The notes beneath the pieces were generated by a model. It saw nothing but the letters and a program-made list of their open reading frames with translations, ran no database searches and was not told where the DNA came from. From contig MU053994.1 of NCBI GenBank assembly GCA_013239625.1, positions 1,927,589-1,991,588 on the forward strand: DNA of 64,000 nt, in the 5' to 3' direction. Positions 37,746-51,270 of this stretch are shown here, piece after piece. The position numbers and the translations under genes were made by a program. The stretch comes from Lama guanicoe (taxonomy: Eukaryota). Each line of letters opens with the position of its first letter. Positions within the stretch are counted from its first letter, which is position 1.

Positions 37746-37789
37746 AAAATGTCATCATACTTTTCACCAAGTATTTCCAGCTCTCTGCT

Positions 37790-38160
37790 TCCCTGGTATA
37801 TGCTAGAATTATATTGTCTTGCCCTCCTTTGAAGCTCGTTGTGGCCATTTGACTTGAGTTGGCCAATGAAATGTTAGCAGAACTTACCTGTGTCCCTTCT
37901 AAGTAAAACTTTTAAGAGTCAGGGCATGATTCATCATGTTCTCTCTACCACCCCACCCTACCCCACCCCAGCCCCGGAAGGTGATCCCAGAGCACAAACT
38001 AAGATGGATACCTGAGTGTCTATGACAGGAAGAGCCTCCCCTCCAGCTGACCTACACAAAACACGTAGCATCAGCAAGAAATAAACCTTTGTTGTTGTGT
38101 TGTAAGCCACTGCGATTTGGAGTTGTTGCTACAGCATAACCCCGCCTATCCTGACCAACA
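37790..38160 (+). mobile_element. MLT1H/I-like LTR
   Basis: TGGCCAATGAAATGTTAGCAGAA; AGAAATAAACCTTTGTTG...TAAGCCACTG...GCTACAGCATAAC. Confidence 0.75.
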
Positions 38161-38561
38161 CGCTAGGCTTGTGCTGCCACAACAAACAACCCCAGATCTC
38201 AGTGGCTCAACAAGCAAACTTCACGTCCTTGCAAGGTTCACTGCAAGGCAATGGATGAAGGGGGAAGGGTGCTCTGCTCCATATAGTCACTCAGGGACTT
38301 AGGCTAATGGGGGCTCCACCATCTGGAACATTGCTACTACTTCTACTCAGCCAGCAAGAGTGGCAAGAATTTGGAGGGTCCCACAGGGCCTTCCCATCAC
38401 CTCAGTGTAAAAGTATCACACATCACTTCCATACATATTTCATTGGCCAGAACTGGTCACTGGCTCTACTTCACTGCAAAGGGACTGGGCAGTACCATTT
38501 CCCCCATGCCCGAGAAGGAGAGAAGACCTAATATTGGTGAACACTCATAATGTCCACCACA
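38161..38561 (-). mobile_element. Old MLT1 (J/K-like) LTR
   Basis: AACAAACAACCCCAGATCTCAGTGGCT; CATTGGCCAGAACTGGTCA; end CCACCACA. Confidence 0.7.
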
Positions 38562-38929
38562 ACTGGCTCCAGAATGCTGGAAAGTTGTGGGTAGCTGGAG
38601 GTATGGAGAGCGTGGGCCCAGATGAGGAAGGCTTTCGAGAATCAGAACATGACCCATAAGGTATCAGGAAGCCACTGTAAGTGTATGAGCAGGGCAGAGG
38701 CCAGAAGAAGGGCTGGTTTAAGTATCACTGGATTAGCCATCTAATGCTGGCCAGATGAGTATGCAGGGGGCCGATGAGCGGGGGTAAGGACTCTGTGCTT
38801 ATATTCAGGGAGGTTTGTCAGGAGGCTGTTGTGTTATTCAAGGCCTGTGGTGATGAGGGTTTGGCACCCACTGTTGTCAGAGAAAGAGAGATGAGGACTG
38901 AATCCTATGATATCTTAAAGAAAGAGGAA

Positions 38930-39110
38930 GTATGGTGTATCGGCAGCCCAGGCTTTGACATCAGAAAAGCCAGGATTCAAATCCCACCTCTGACATCTAC
39001 TAACTTTTTGATCTTGAGCAAAACCTGTACTTCTCAGAACCTCTGTATTCTGATCTGCAAAATGGGGATCATATTATGTTATACAGCTATGGAGGATTGG
39101 AAGACTAGTG
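38930..39110 (+). mobile_element. MIR within L2 fragments
   Basis: GGATTCAAATCCCACCTCTGACAT...ATCTGCAAAATGGGGAT. Confidence 0.7.
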
Positions 39111-39135
39111 ATTATGTTTGTAAATTGACAGCAGA

Positions 39136-39240
39136 AGTGGTGATGTTGGTGGAGATGGTGATGGTGACGGTGATGACGGTGGTTGTACTGGCAGTAGTGG
39201 AGATGGTAAGTGGTGATGGTGGTGAAGACAGTGGGAGTGG
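39136..39240. repeat. Degenerate (GGTGAT)n repeat
   Basis: Directly visible. Confidence 0.8.
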
Positions 39241-42200
39241 TCCTAGTGAGTCATGAAAGGACTAGGTTTAAAGTTTAGGGGGATAAAATATCTAGAATTA
39301 GGGGCAAGACAAGGAAGAGGGTCCCACTAAGTAAAATAGAGAAGTCGTAGTCAGGAGATAGGAAGTGAACTATGAAATCTAGGACCCTAGAAACCAAAGG
39401 GAAAAAGAGTTTCATTAAGAAGGCTTAAATACACTTTAGGATTCAGAAGACATGAACAACAGTCATTAGATTTTACCAGAATAAAGTGACTATCATCTGG
39501 GAAGCAACAAGTTGGTGGCAAGGGATTAAGAGGGACTAGGCATCAGAGAGGTGGCGCCCAACGGATGTAGACGTCCCTCATGAGGAATTTGGCAGTGGAA
39601 GGAAGAAGGATAAAAGGACATATATTAGCCAGAAATGCTTTTGGCTGCAAGGAACAGGATTTTTTAAAAAGATGTCCATGGAGAGAAAGAGAGGAGAAAT
39701 ATTTGTAAAAATGCTTTGCATTCACAGAGTTGAAAAGATCAGCCAGAGATAAAGAGGTAAAAAAAATCAATAGCTAAAATTTAAAATAAGGCTCTATTTA
39801 ACTTAGACCTCCTTTCTTCTCCTAACAGATCTTTATAGAGCATTTTCATTGAAGAACCCCAATATTTGGATGAGGTTGAGCCATTTTTCATAGTCTTTGA
39901 AGTTGTCCTGCAATATCTCCTCTGTCCCGGCTCCCCAGGAGGAAGACTACATTTCCCAGCTAGGTGTCATCATGTGACATTCTAGCCAATGGGACATAAA
40001 TGACCTGTCAGTTTCCAAGAATCTTCCGTAAAAGACAGCAGATCTGTGCCTCTTCACCCCTTTCTTTTTAGTCACTTCCTCTCTCCTGTTGTCTTAACCA
40101 TGCATATCATGGCTGCCATCTTGAACCATGGGGCTAAAGGCCCCATTCTTCAGAGGGTAGAGCACTGAGCTTGGGGATCCTAGATCCCCAAGGACTTCAT
40201 GGAGCAGAGAAGTCACTCCAGCTCTGGACTGCAGCCAAAGCCCACCCTCCCAGACACAGTCCCCGAGGAGGGGCCAGCTGGCCTGGATACCCACCCAGGT
40301 AATCTCTGAGGTTTACCCAGAGAGACCAGCCCTCTCTCTGGGGGTAGCAGTCTCACAGAGGGCTGCGTCTAGGTCCTAGGCACCACTTTGTAGGAGGGAG
40401 AAGTAAAATCCACATTATCCTCCGCCTCCTCCTCAGGCTGGAGAAATCTTAGAAGGAAGATGCCCGAGCGGCCGTTCAGAGCAGCTTGGGAGACACCGGC
40501 CCTTGGCGCTGGCTGGCTGGCTGGCAGGAGGACAGGTTCTGATCTCAGTTGTGCATAGCTAACAGGCGGTGACTTCACACTGGCGAGGCAAGCCGATTTG
40601 AGTGCTTTCAAGGACAAAATGTGTCCTGCTGTCTGGAGGTGAAAATCAGAACCAAGTCGCACCACTTTGCTATTTCTAGAGGCAGAGGAAAAGCTTTTAG
40701 AGGCTGGTTCCACCCCTGCTCTGAAATGAAGGCCTCTCCTCGGCCACACCAGCTCCTTGCCCTGTACGAGCTTCTGCCTCATTTCCCTGTATGATTCATC
40801 CAGCACATCCCACCTACTGCCTGGTTCTGTGGTCATCTTTTGGGCAGAGTCATCCCTCCCATGACCCCATTGTGAACTCCAGGGGAGCAAGGAAGCCTGA
40901 TTTCTTCACTTTTGCAACCTCATTACACAGTACCATGCCTGGCATGCAGCAAATGCTCAAAAAGGGTTTCTGATTAACCATGACTGCACATTATTTGGGG
41001 GCCGTTGCTTACAAATGAGAGGAAGGAGGTCCAAAGAAGTCATTTGTGTCAGTCCCCTAAGGCCAGGCCAGCCTCACAAAGCTGCCCTAGTCCATTTCAA
41101 AAACCTGCCTCTGGTAACCCCAAAGTTTCAGAGAGAACTTCCATCAGCCCACCTGGTAAAAGGTAGTGATGTAGGGTTTCCAATGATGAGCCTAAATTTC
41201 TCCTGTCGCACTTTATAACCACTCCATCTGCTCTCAGCTTCAGTGTGACAGCCCAGCTGCTCACTGCCACCTACAACCTGGGCTGACATTCAGCCGCTCT
41301 GCACTGCTGCCACAGCTGTACTGGTTGTTAAAATATTAAAATGCTTCTGTACCATACAGTAAAAGAGCCACTGTCCTAAGGCCCTTAGTGTCCCCATCTG
41401 CCACCCTGACCACCCTTGGCTACACCCCGGACCCCCACCAGATTCCTCTCCACTCCAGAGCACAGAGGGCCTCCAAAAGCCCACATCTCAGAGACGTTCT
41501 GAATGGTTGGTGGCCACATTCGAATCTCGCCCAGCCGTGTCACCCTCACCCTTCTCTTCCCGAACCGAGTCCAGCAGCCTGTCCCCTCACCTTGGGCATC
41601 GATGTGCAATGACAGCAGCCTCTGGCAGACATCTAAGCAGATGTGCCAACCACAGATCAGGGATGGGTGCTGTGAGCTGCCCATGATAAGAGGAGAGGTG
41701 AAGTCACTTACTAGGGACAGTTGGGGATCAAATGCCCAGAGAGGGGACAGGAGGCCAAAGCCAGTCTGTGAAGCCATCAAAAGCCACAATAAGGCTGGGC
41801 TGGATTCAGCTGGAGCCAGACCTGAGTGGGATGCCCGGGAGAGACCAGGTTCTCAGGCAAGTGTGAGGTCAAGACCAGCCGGAAAAGAGGCAGGCTTCTC
41901 TGGGCTACTGGCTCCCTCTCCCAAGCCTGGAAATGCCCTCAAAATGAGAAGGTACCTTTTTTCCAGAAGGCAACCCAAAACCCATGAGAAGCCCCAGGGG
42001 AGCCTGAAGGTGGCCTCGAAGTGGTGTCTGTCGGGATGGAGGGTGGCCAAAAGCAGAAGTGAAGGAATAGGTAAGACAGAAGCTTTTGAAATTTGCCTTT
42101 TGCATCGTCCCATCTGCCCAAGGCCTTAGGACCGTGCTTTCCTGCCCCTCCATGGCAGAAATCAGTGGCAAGAGCCCGAGTTGCCAGTGCCAGGGTCATG

Positions 42201-44289
42201 GAGTATAATCAGGAGACACAAGCTGACAGGTGAGGAGCTGATAAAAAGAGGCGCTTGGCAGAGCAGTGGCCCGCCGGCTGATGGGCTAGAATCCAGCCAG
42301 GTTTGCCCTCTCCTCTGCTGTGGATGTCTGAGGGGCAATAGGCAAATCACCATCTAGGATTGTCCCAGTGATACGGCTGCAAACTGGAGTGACCGACACT
42401 GGTTCTGCGGTGCCGGGGACTGCCACTACCCAGGGCCCGACTTTCAGCTCTCCTCCATGGCACACGACCTCACAGGGCAAACAAGGTGGCTCCCGACAAG
42501 AGTGCCCAGCACCAAAGACAGCCTTCGAACTGGACATCAGAACCAGCTTCAGGAGACGTCTGATCCTTCCTCTAGGAAAGCCTGAGTGGTCCCACGGCAG
42601 TGGCCCTCGGAGGGGCTCCCTGTTGCCCTCAAACTAAAATCCAGTCTTACACGTGTTTGCAGGGCCCCTGCGGCCCCGGCCCCTCGCACCTGTCCAGCCT
42701 CATCTCTCACCACCCACCGCCTCCCAACCCCACTGAACTCGCCGTGTCCAAGTCTTCACAAAGGCTCTTCCTTCTGCCTCCAACAGCTGTCTCCTCTGCA
42801 GCTCGCTCTGAGCTCGCCATCCTTCAGCTCTCTGTCTCAATGCCCCTGGCTTTGGAAACCCTCCCCCGTCTCTCTCTCCAGACCAGGTCAGCTGCCCCGT
42901 CCAATGCCCCGACCACTCCGGAATGAGCACTTCGTGTGTTATCTGCTGCAAGGGGCCCCCTCCCCATCCACATGGTTTCCACAGACAGCATCAGACTAAT
43001 AATTCATAACCCCACCCCTTCGCTGAGGTTGATTGGCCCAGAACTGGACCCTTGACCAAGCAGAGCCGATGAGACTCTTGCCCAGAATATTTGGACCTGC
43101 AAGAGAGAGAAGAGCAATACTAAAGGGCAGAGAGCAGATGGAGAGAAGAGGTTCCTGGGTTCCTAGTGTCCTGAGCCCAGACACATTGCTGCCTTGAGTT
43201 CTATGAGATGCCCATTTCCCTATATATGACAGCAAAACTTGAACTCTCTTTTCATTTAAGCTAGTTTGAATTGAGTTTTGTCCCTTGCAACAAAAGGGAC
43301 TTCACTATTAATTAAGCAAGTGTCAGACTTTATTGTAAGCATTTGTTCAGATGGCCCTCTTCAAATCGGCAAGCTCCTGTCCATATCTTCCCACTGGAAT
43401 CAGAGGACCAAGCTCAGTGCTTGGGATGTGCTAGGTGCTGGGCACGAGGGTGGGCAATGGTGTGGAGGTGGCAGCTGGTGTGGCGGTTGCTCATTGCTGC
43501 AGAACAGGCACAGGCATAGACTGGTCATTTCATCTCTCCAGGGGCTCCCAGATCCTGCAGCTCCTGCATCCCTTCTCGTGCCCTGCAGGCGGGGCAGTGG
43601 GGGAGGATGTGGCATGAGCACTGTGACTCAGTCCAGTTCCCTGCTTTAGGAGCCCAAAGGGGGCATCTGACAGTTTGAACGACACTCCTGAGTAGCTTTG
43701 AACCTGGTGCAGGGGCACATTGAGTTATGCCCCTGCAGGGGTCTGGCTGACCCCCACCAGAGGCTCAGAAGTGAGTCTGCTGTAATTTCCTGAGCCTGAT
43801 GACGCACCAGGCAGAAACCTATTACCACGTGGCTCCGGATACATCCAGAGAAATGAGATCCTATTCCCACAGAACAGTACACTTACATTCAAAGAGACAA
43901 GGAATACCTCCCAGCTCGAATAAACTCCCAAGTGTGTCTGGAAAATGCACGTGGCAGCCTTTAGAAATGTCAGCCCCTGGTCATAAGCGAGGGTGGAGAA
44001 TGTTCTGTCACTCCCTGGGGACAGCACACCCTAGGAGTGGAAATACCTGCCCTTTTGGCTTTGGAGAGAGGGTGTTTCCCAAAATGGATCCACAAAGGGC
44101 AAAGCAGGTTAGGCACCAAAGTTTAAATTAGGCATGATTATTCAGCACTTTCTTTGTTTATTTTCCTCTTGTTTTTTGTATTGCTATTACACATGTAAGG
44201 ATATTTTATGTTAATTTTTTGAACATGTATTATCATACCAGCATGGGGCTTATTTATCCAGTGCAGAGTCTCCACCCATCTTGGTCCCC

Positions 44290-45430
44290 TGTCTACCCGG
44301 TGTTCCTCCACCCCCACACTATTCGTTTTTTGTTTCTCGTTCCAGAGATAATTTATGCAAATACAAGCAAATACAAATACATATATTCTTATTTCTCTCC
44401 TCTATTTACATAAAAGGCAGCATACTATACACACTGCCCTGCACCTGGGTTTTTTCACTTCATCTACCTTCAGGATTTTTCCAGTCGTACACAGCGGGAT
44501 TCGTCATTCTTTGTTCAGCTGCAGATTATTCCAGCACGTGAATGCCATAGTTTATTTAGCCCGTCCCCTATTGATGGCCATTTTGGTTGTTTCTATCGCA
44601 AGCAATGCTGCAGCAAGTAACCAGGCACAAATGTCATTGCACACAGGTGGAGGATTGAACACATGTGTCACTGCGTTGATGGCCTGAAGCCTTTACCTCT
44701 TCCTGTGTCCCTGCCCTTTGACCCTTGACTTTGCAGCTTAGCTTAGTAAAGGGGCACTGAGCCTTTTCTTCACTCTTAAATTTGGACTTCACCATGTAAC
44801 TAGTTTAGCAGACTTGATGCAAGCAGAAACTTTAAAACATACTTGAGGTTTCAGTTTCCTCTTTTGTTTCCCTGAAATTGCCATGAAACATGTCCAGACC
44901 AGCCTGAGAACAAGTTCAGGCTAGCCTGCTGGAGGATGAGAGTATGCAGGGAGCAGGGCCCAGTGGCCCAGCTGAGGCTGTCCTAGACAAGCCAGCCCAT
45001 GGCCATTCTGCCAGCTGACCACAGATACAGGAGTGAACTTAGCCAGGACTAGCTGAGTCTCACTCAAATCAGCAAAACCACTCCACCAATCAACTAGTGA
45101 GAAATATTCAGAGGTCGTGGTTTTAAGGCACTAAAATTTGGAGTGGTTTGTTATGCAGCAATAACTAACTGATACAACATATAATATAGATGCCAGTAAG
45201 ATAGAATGTTCTCAGTTTTTCAGATTTTTGTCAAGCTGCTAGGTGAAAAAGAATAATTCTGTGTAATTTTATTTGCATTTTCTTATCATAAGCTGAAAGC
45301 CACTGGGATCTCCTTTTCTGTAAACTGTGTGTTCGTATCTTTTGCACATTTTTCCTATTGGATTACGATTTTTCTTATTGATTTCTAGGAAATCTTTATA
45401 TATTGGTGAGATTAGCCTTTTGCCTGTGGT
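44290..45430 (-). mobile_element. Old L1 fragments split by an MLT1 LTR
   Basis: GCATACTATACAC, CCCTATTGATGGCCATTTTGGTTGTTTC, TTTGCACATTTTTCCTATTGG. Confidence 0.7.
44664..45176 (+). mobile_element. MLT1G/H-like solo LTR with 5-bp TSD
   Basis: TG...CA ends, end TTTGTTATGCAGCAATAACTAACTGATACA; flanks ACACA / ACATA. Confidence 0.85.
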
Positions 45431-47584
45431 CAGCCTTCCTTGAAACCATACACTCCAGATGAGAAGCCCAATGGCAGGCAAAGGAGGAAAACACAGGAAG
45501 CAAAGCTGGCACAGAAGGTAACTTTTCCCCAATCAGCAACTCTGTATTGAACACTTTCTTGGTTCAGGGCTCTGGGTTAGGCATTCCAGCATATTCAGAA
45601 AAAAATTGACATAGTACCTAAAAGATGTTCCAAAGATGGCTATGGTTAAATCCCCCCATATATCTACCCATAGTCCCTGCCTAAGAAGTGGGCTAGGGAA
45701 CCAATCTCTCACGTAGGATCCTAAAGTTCGGGTGAGGGTGGGCTAGGCTGGGGGTGAGAAGAGACCAGGGGTGGGCTAGGACAGCCTCCCACCCCTAGGA
45801 CTCCATAACCCCCACCCCAGCCCTACTCTTCCAGATGGAATTTGCAGACCTCCCCACCATGGGGATAAATGGGTCCCCTGAAAGGAATCCATGTTGTCCC
45901 TCTGTCCATAGACACATCAAAGAAAAGAATGAGCTCACCCAGTCTTTCCTAAGCACCCACTATGTACAAGGCATCCTGCAGGGCACTGGCATCAATTCTG
46001 GAGCCTTTTGGGTGCATTCTCTAAGTCGGGGAGGGGACGGCTGGGGCCTGGGGGAGGAGGAGCAGGAAATTAACCTCCTGCCAAGAAGGAAGGAAATTGA
46101 ATTTCTTCCCCTCCCCCTTCTTCTGCCTCCCCACCACCACCCCTCCCCGACAACTCACTTTTTATCTCCCTCCAATTACAGTTTTAAGTATTTAGGGTGT
46201 TGCTGTTTTAGTTTTAAAATTTGTTAGGCTCAATTTATGCCACTTAGTAAAACCTCTTTTCCAAATGAAGCCAAATTAGAACTAAAACACTGCAAGCAAT
46301 AAAATGTGGGCATTTCATTTGGGTTGGGTTGGCTTTTTGATTGTTTGTGTAAATGAAGCCGAGAGAAGAATTCAGGAGTCTGTCTCGGGTCTGGGTGAGG
46401 GGAGTGATTCCACTGGGTCCCCCGGAGGTCTCTAGGTGGCCCAGGCCAGCCTGTCCCCTCGCCTTCAGGTCTGCCAGCGCAGGTTCTTGTGCAGCTGGGT
46501 GAATAGCAAGTCTTAAAACAGGTCACTCTAGCCCATGGCAACACCCTCCCTCCCTGACTTCTCCACTAACGCTGGGGACCACTTCCCACTAGCCAGCCGC
46601 ACCCTGGCAGGCCTTGCACAGGCCAGCGGCCACGACCCACTGCCACTGCACAGCGCACGATACATAGATGGCGAAGTGAATCAAACTGGCTGTAACCGGG
46701 GACACAGTCTGGAAATATCGCCCACACCCTTGCCAGGCAATGCCTGAAAATACGCCCTTGGTTTCAATGACCATCGATCGCATCAGGGTAAAGGTGAGCC
46801 CTGTCCCCGACTCCCATCATGTTGGAAGGGAGGAGGGAGAAGGAGGAGGAGGGGGAGGAGATCCTGAGCCAGTAATTAGGCATCTGGTGTTAGGGAAGGT
46901 GGCTGCCAAGGTCAGAGAAGTTCCTGGCTGATGAGCTGGGCCTCCCAGGGGCCTTCAAGAAGTGACATCTGGGGTTCCCAGGCTGGCCCTGTCTGTGCCA
47001 GGGGAAGAGGACAGCGAATACCTCTCAGAAGACTCAGAGCCCAAGAGGGGACACAAGGCAGCAGCAATGGCCACAGTGATGAGACAGTGACTAAGGGCCG
47101 GCGTGCGGCTTGATAAGCGACTTGGCTTGTCCCCACGTAGATGATAGAGGCCCAAGGTCTGGCAGGAGATGAGGTTTTGTGTGCAGAGGGCTACCTCAAG
47201 ACTGACCCTGGCAGAGAGCCACAATCACCAGGAAGCAGCCCGAGAGGAGAGCAGACATGAGGGGGCAGAGGAGTCCTTTAAAGGAGCAGGGGCCGGACTC
47301 AGGCTGGGGGTGTCTGGGAAGGAAAGGGGAGCCCGGGACAAAAGCGAGTAGAATAAAATCCATGCTGAGGGCCAGGGTTGGAGGGGCAGGGGCGTTGCTG
47401 CAATGAAGAAGTCTATTACATTCGGGATAACCTCTCAAAGCAAGTGGAGAGAAAGTACAATCAGTGGTGGAAAATTCTGGAACAATTGAAAGGCAACTGG
47501 ACAAAACTCCCAAAATAAAGTGGCATCTAGAGCCCTATCTGTCCCTAGGATGGAATCCATGACCCAAGGTGCAGGTTACCCTCT

Positions 47585-47982
47585 GTCGCGGGCTGGGCTC
47601 GCCAAAAACAGATGCCGAGATGGAGACTGGAGTAGGGGGGACGTTTGGGAGGAATCAATCCCTCTGGAAGGAAGTAGAGGGAAAGCAGGACTGGGCAGAG
47701 GTGGGAGTCAAGTTCAAACGCAGACGTGAGAGACTCAACTAACCTGGAGGAGAGAGCTTGGACGTGAGAGGTGTCCAGGACACGATCCCGCCTGCAGCCA
47801 AAACGGCCAGGTCTTTATAACCAGATTGGGGCCGCCCAGGAGAGCAGGGCCCTGGGAGAGATGTTCTCAGCAGCTGAGGCCAAGCCTGCACGGGCTGACA
47901 GCTGGAGGCGAACTGTGAACCGCACAGCCCGCAGCTGGGCAGTCCTTCCTGGCAAGGGGCTCTGCTCCTCTGTGTCTGCCAC
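47585..47982 (-). mobile_element. LTR16A-like (ERVL) LTR
   Basis: GAAAGCAGGACTGGGCAGAG, GGCTGACAGCTGGAGGC, end GTGTCTGCCACA. Confidence 0.55.
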
Positions 47983-49519
47983 ATCCTCTCCCCTCCCTGA
48001 ATTTTGAAGCTCCTGGCAGATCTGGACAAATACATCTCTTTCTTTTCCTCCAGGCCTGGTTGCCCCTTCACTGTTCCTCCAGAGGCTGCTGGCTGTGTGT
48101 CTGGAACCTGGTCTGACCCTAACTCAGCCCAGAGTTTTGGATTTGCTCAAGTCTCCCAGGCCCATGCAGGAGGATTCTGATCTTATTTCTCCATCATGAT
48201 TTCCTCTTATACGCAGCCCCCGTGTCCTGGTCCCGGGCAGCCATCAGAGTTTGTGACTTTCAGGGGGCCTTGTTTGGGGCGCAGCGTCGGTTCACAGCGC
48301 TGATCATTAAGCTTCCCTGTGCTGCCCGCCAGGGCCCTGGCCAGCCCAGGACCAGCCTCAGATGAACTCAGCCTCGCTTAAATAGGACGAACCAATCCAG
48401 ACCTCAAAACATCCACTGCTGGGCCCATCAGCTATGGCGAACGTGGTCCCCCACGGCCTCCCGCTCAGCCCCCGCCTTCCGTCCGCATCTTGCCAGTAAC
48501 CAGCTGTCACTCAGCCACATAGCTTCACCTCCGAAGAATCTAGAGCGCCAGTTGCGCTTTTGAGCCTCGTTAGTGGAATCACTGGCACCTTCTCCAGATA
48601 CCACCCGGATTCCTGATTTGCCTGGGCTATTCAAGAAGCTGCTCTCGTACGAACTGGGAGAGTGATGAAGGAGGATGCAACATGCCCAGCAGACATGTGC
48701 ACGGAAACAAAACCGGCTAAGCCCAGCAACACTGCTCTGCCTGCTTGGCGGGCTCACCCGATGGTCCCGTGCTCCGGCCAGGAGGATGGTCTTGGTTGGA
48801 CGTGCCCAGCCTGCTCTCACTCGCAACTTGAGTCAGCAAGAAGCCGGGGGGCTTCTGGGGGTGGAATCCTGCAGGAGGCCTCCTCCAGGCCCACTTAACC
48901 CCCATTACATTCGTTCCCTAATATACTTTTCACCTTCGGCAAATACTGCAAATTTGAATTTTTACTCACTGATCAAATATTTACCCTGTGAGCTGCCAAT
49001 CTGGCTGAGCTGGACTTCTACAATTCTCCACATTTGTATTAGACAAATTAGCATTTTATTGTTTGTCCACTGGTTTGAGACTCAAAGGTGAGAGAGGAAA
49101 AACCAGAGGTAGCCACCCGAGAGATTCTCTGTGAAGAATGGGTTCAGTTTAGTCTTGGGTCTCAGTGTAAGGAACAGGTCTCCCAAACAATTCACCAGAG
49201 ACTTGAGAACATTGCTCTAGAAGACACAGAAGACAATGGCTTGTAAAGAACAACTTTCTCTACTTCTCATATGCACGACACATCTTGGAGATCTGTTATC
49301 CAGGAATGTGGGTTGGAGGTTCACCTCATGATTTATTTGCTATACAAATTTGGATAAATCAGGTCATGTTTCTGAGCCTTGGTTTCCTTATCTGCATAAT
49401 GGGTACAATAACATTACCCTGGTCAGAAGGTTGTTGCAAAGGTCAAAAACACTGTTGGTGGTGACACCACCATAAAACGTAAGGCACTAAACAGTGAGTA
49501 GTTGTATCAGACCAGAAAC

Positions 49520-50011
49520 TGCAGCTGTTTTAAAATACAGCCCCCAAATTCTCGGATACTCCACGCATCAAGAATTAGGGTCTATGTCCCTTCCCATTGA
49601 ATCTGAGTGAGCTTGTGACTCCTTCAATGGCTAGAGTATGGCACATGTGACATTGTGTGACTTCCCAGGCTGGGTCAGAAACAACCATTTGGCTTCCATC
49701 TGGGTCTCTTGGATCGGTTACTGTGGAGGAAGCCAGTCGCCATGTAAGAAGTCCAAACACCCCAAAACTGCCCTGCTGGGGGCAGTGCACATATGCAGAT
49801 GCTGCAGGCAACAGACATGGGACAGAAGCTTCTAGACCCGACCCACCCGCCACTGGGTGGTCTCAGTAGATGCCACAAGGAACAAAAGAATCACCCAGCT
49901 GAGCCCTGTCTGAATTCTGACCCCCAGATCTGTGGGCATAAGAAAAAGCTTGTTATTTTACACCACTAAGTTTGGGATTGTTCGTTACATGGTAGTAGTC
50001 ACTGGAAGCCA
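49520..50011 (+). mobile_element. MLT1F-like solo LTR
   Basis: GGGTCTATGTCCCTTCCC, GCCATGTAAGAAGTCC, CCACTAAGTTTGGG. Confidence 0.85.
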
Positions 50012-50467
50012 AACTATTCATATATTAAGTTCCTGTATCTGCCAAGAGATCCAACTTCCACTCCCCCCAGTCGCTTGTTTTCTCTCCGCATCCCTATTTG
50101 ACTCTAAGGATCAAGGTGAGGTGGGATTTATAACCCAGCTTTGTGGATATGGGGTCACAACATGCCCAAGAGTCTGTGGACTCATGGAAGGCTCGAACCC
50201 AGGGGTCCTGCTGCTCGGATCCCTGCTTCTCCCACAGGACAGAGCTGCCAAGACCTCAAAGGGAAAGGCTGGCCTCATGGGTTCTGACCTCTTGTAAAAG
50301 AATAACAAGGCAACTCTTAGTTTCCAAGCAATAAAGTAAGTGGGTACCACGGAAAACCACCAATGGCTCGTCACGCACGGTTAATTTCTTCTTGACTCGG
50401 GAATGCGGGGGGTTGCGTTGTTGAACCAGGCTGACCTTGCCACTTACTTTTGGGCTTATTCTAAAAT

Positions 50468-50715
50468 GGGAAAGAGAGGAAGGAAGGAAGGAAGGGAGAG
50501 AGGGGGAGGGAGGGGAGAGAGAGAGAGAAAGAAAGAACTAAATGAGAGGGAGGGAGGGAGAAAGAAAGAAAGAAGAAGGAAGGAAGGAAGGAAGAGAAAG
50601 AAAGAAAAGAAAGAGAAAGAAAGAAAAAGAAAGAAAGAAAGAAAAGGAAGGAAGGAAGGAAGGAAGGAAGAGAAAGAAAGAAAGAAAAGAAAGAGAAAGA
50701 AAGAAGAAAAAAAGG
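50468..50715 (+). repeat. (GGAA)n/(GAAA)n polypurine microsatellite
   Basis: Directly visible. Confidence 0.95.
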
Positions 50716-50879
50716 CAGGGCTGGCCTCCCCACAACCCACGCTACAGCGCCTGGCAGGCGCTTGGTGTGGCCCAGAAGGGCGTGATAAGCGTGCTGGCAG
50801 CGGCCTGCCAGGGATCTAAAAAAATACCCTGCTTCAGACAATCCGGAAAGCGAACGACCCGCACCTGGAAAACAGGTTG

Positions 50880-51270
50880 CTGGCTGCACAGAGGTTTCCA
50901 AGTCTGGATCGCGTTTACACTTGCTGAAGCGCAGCCTTCTAATTCCAGCCGCTCATGAAAAGGCACGTAGGTCCTCCGTGACGTCAAATCGCTCTTTCAA
51001 CTGAGCATAATTTCTTTCAATGATGGGCTTGGAGGGGTTTCAGCGACGGTGGGGTGGTTTTTTTTTTTAATGAATCATAAACATGCAGATCAGATTTAGT
51101 GTTATGACTGTGGTGCGCAGAGCGTCACTGTTAATTCTTGCTAAGCGCTGACAGCAGGATCAACCCCCAAACAGCACAGGCAAATACACCATCCCAGCCC
51201 CGGGGGCTTAGAGACTGCATAATTACAGACGGCGCACAGTAGTCATTACCATCACCGGAACATCTCAGCC
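50880..51270. promoter_or_regulatory. Candidate enhancer/CNE with full CRE
   Basis: TGACGTCA at 50979-50986, GCACGTA at 50963-50969, TAATTA and TGACAG sites, retained CpGs. Confidence 0.4.

Noticed and set aside
37249..37866. 205-aa minus-strand ORF
   Set aside because: Runs through an MLT1 edge, a SINE (GLAQVVERMLS...PGSIPST is SINE translation) and a MIR.
50746..50762. 8-bp inverted repeat AGCGCCTG-G-CAGGCGCT
   Set aside because: Expected by chance in 64 kb of GC-rich sequence.
50403..50958. Charged and Phe/Leu/Ser-rich ORFs
   Set aside because: Microsatellite translation.
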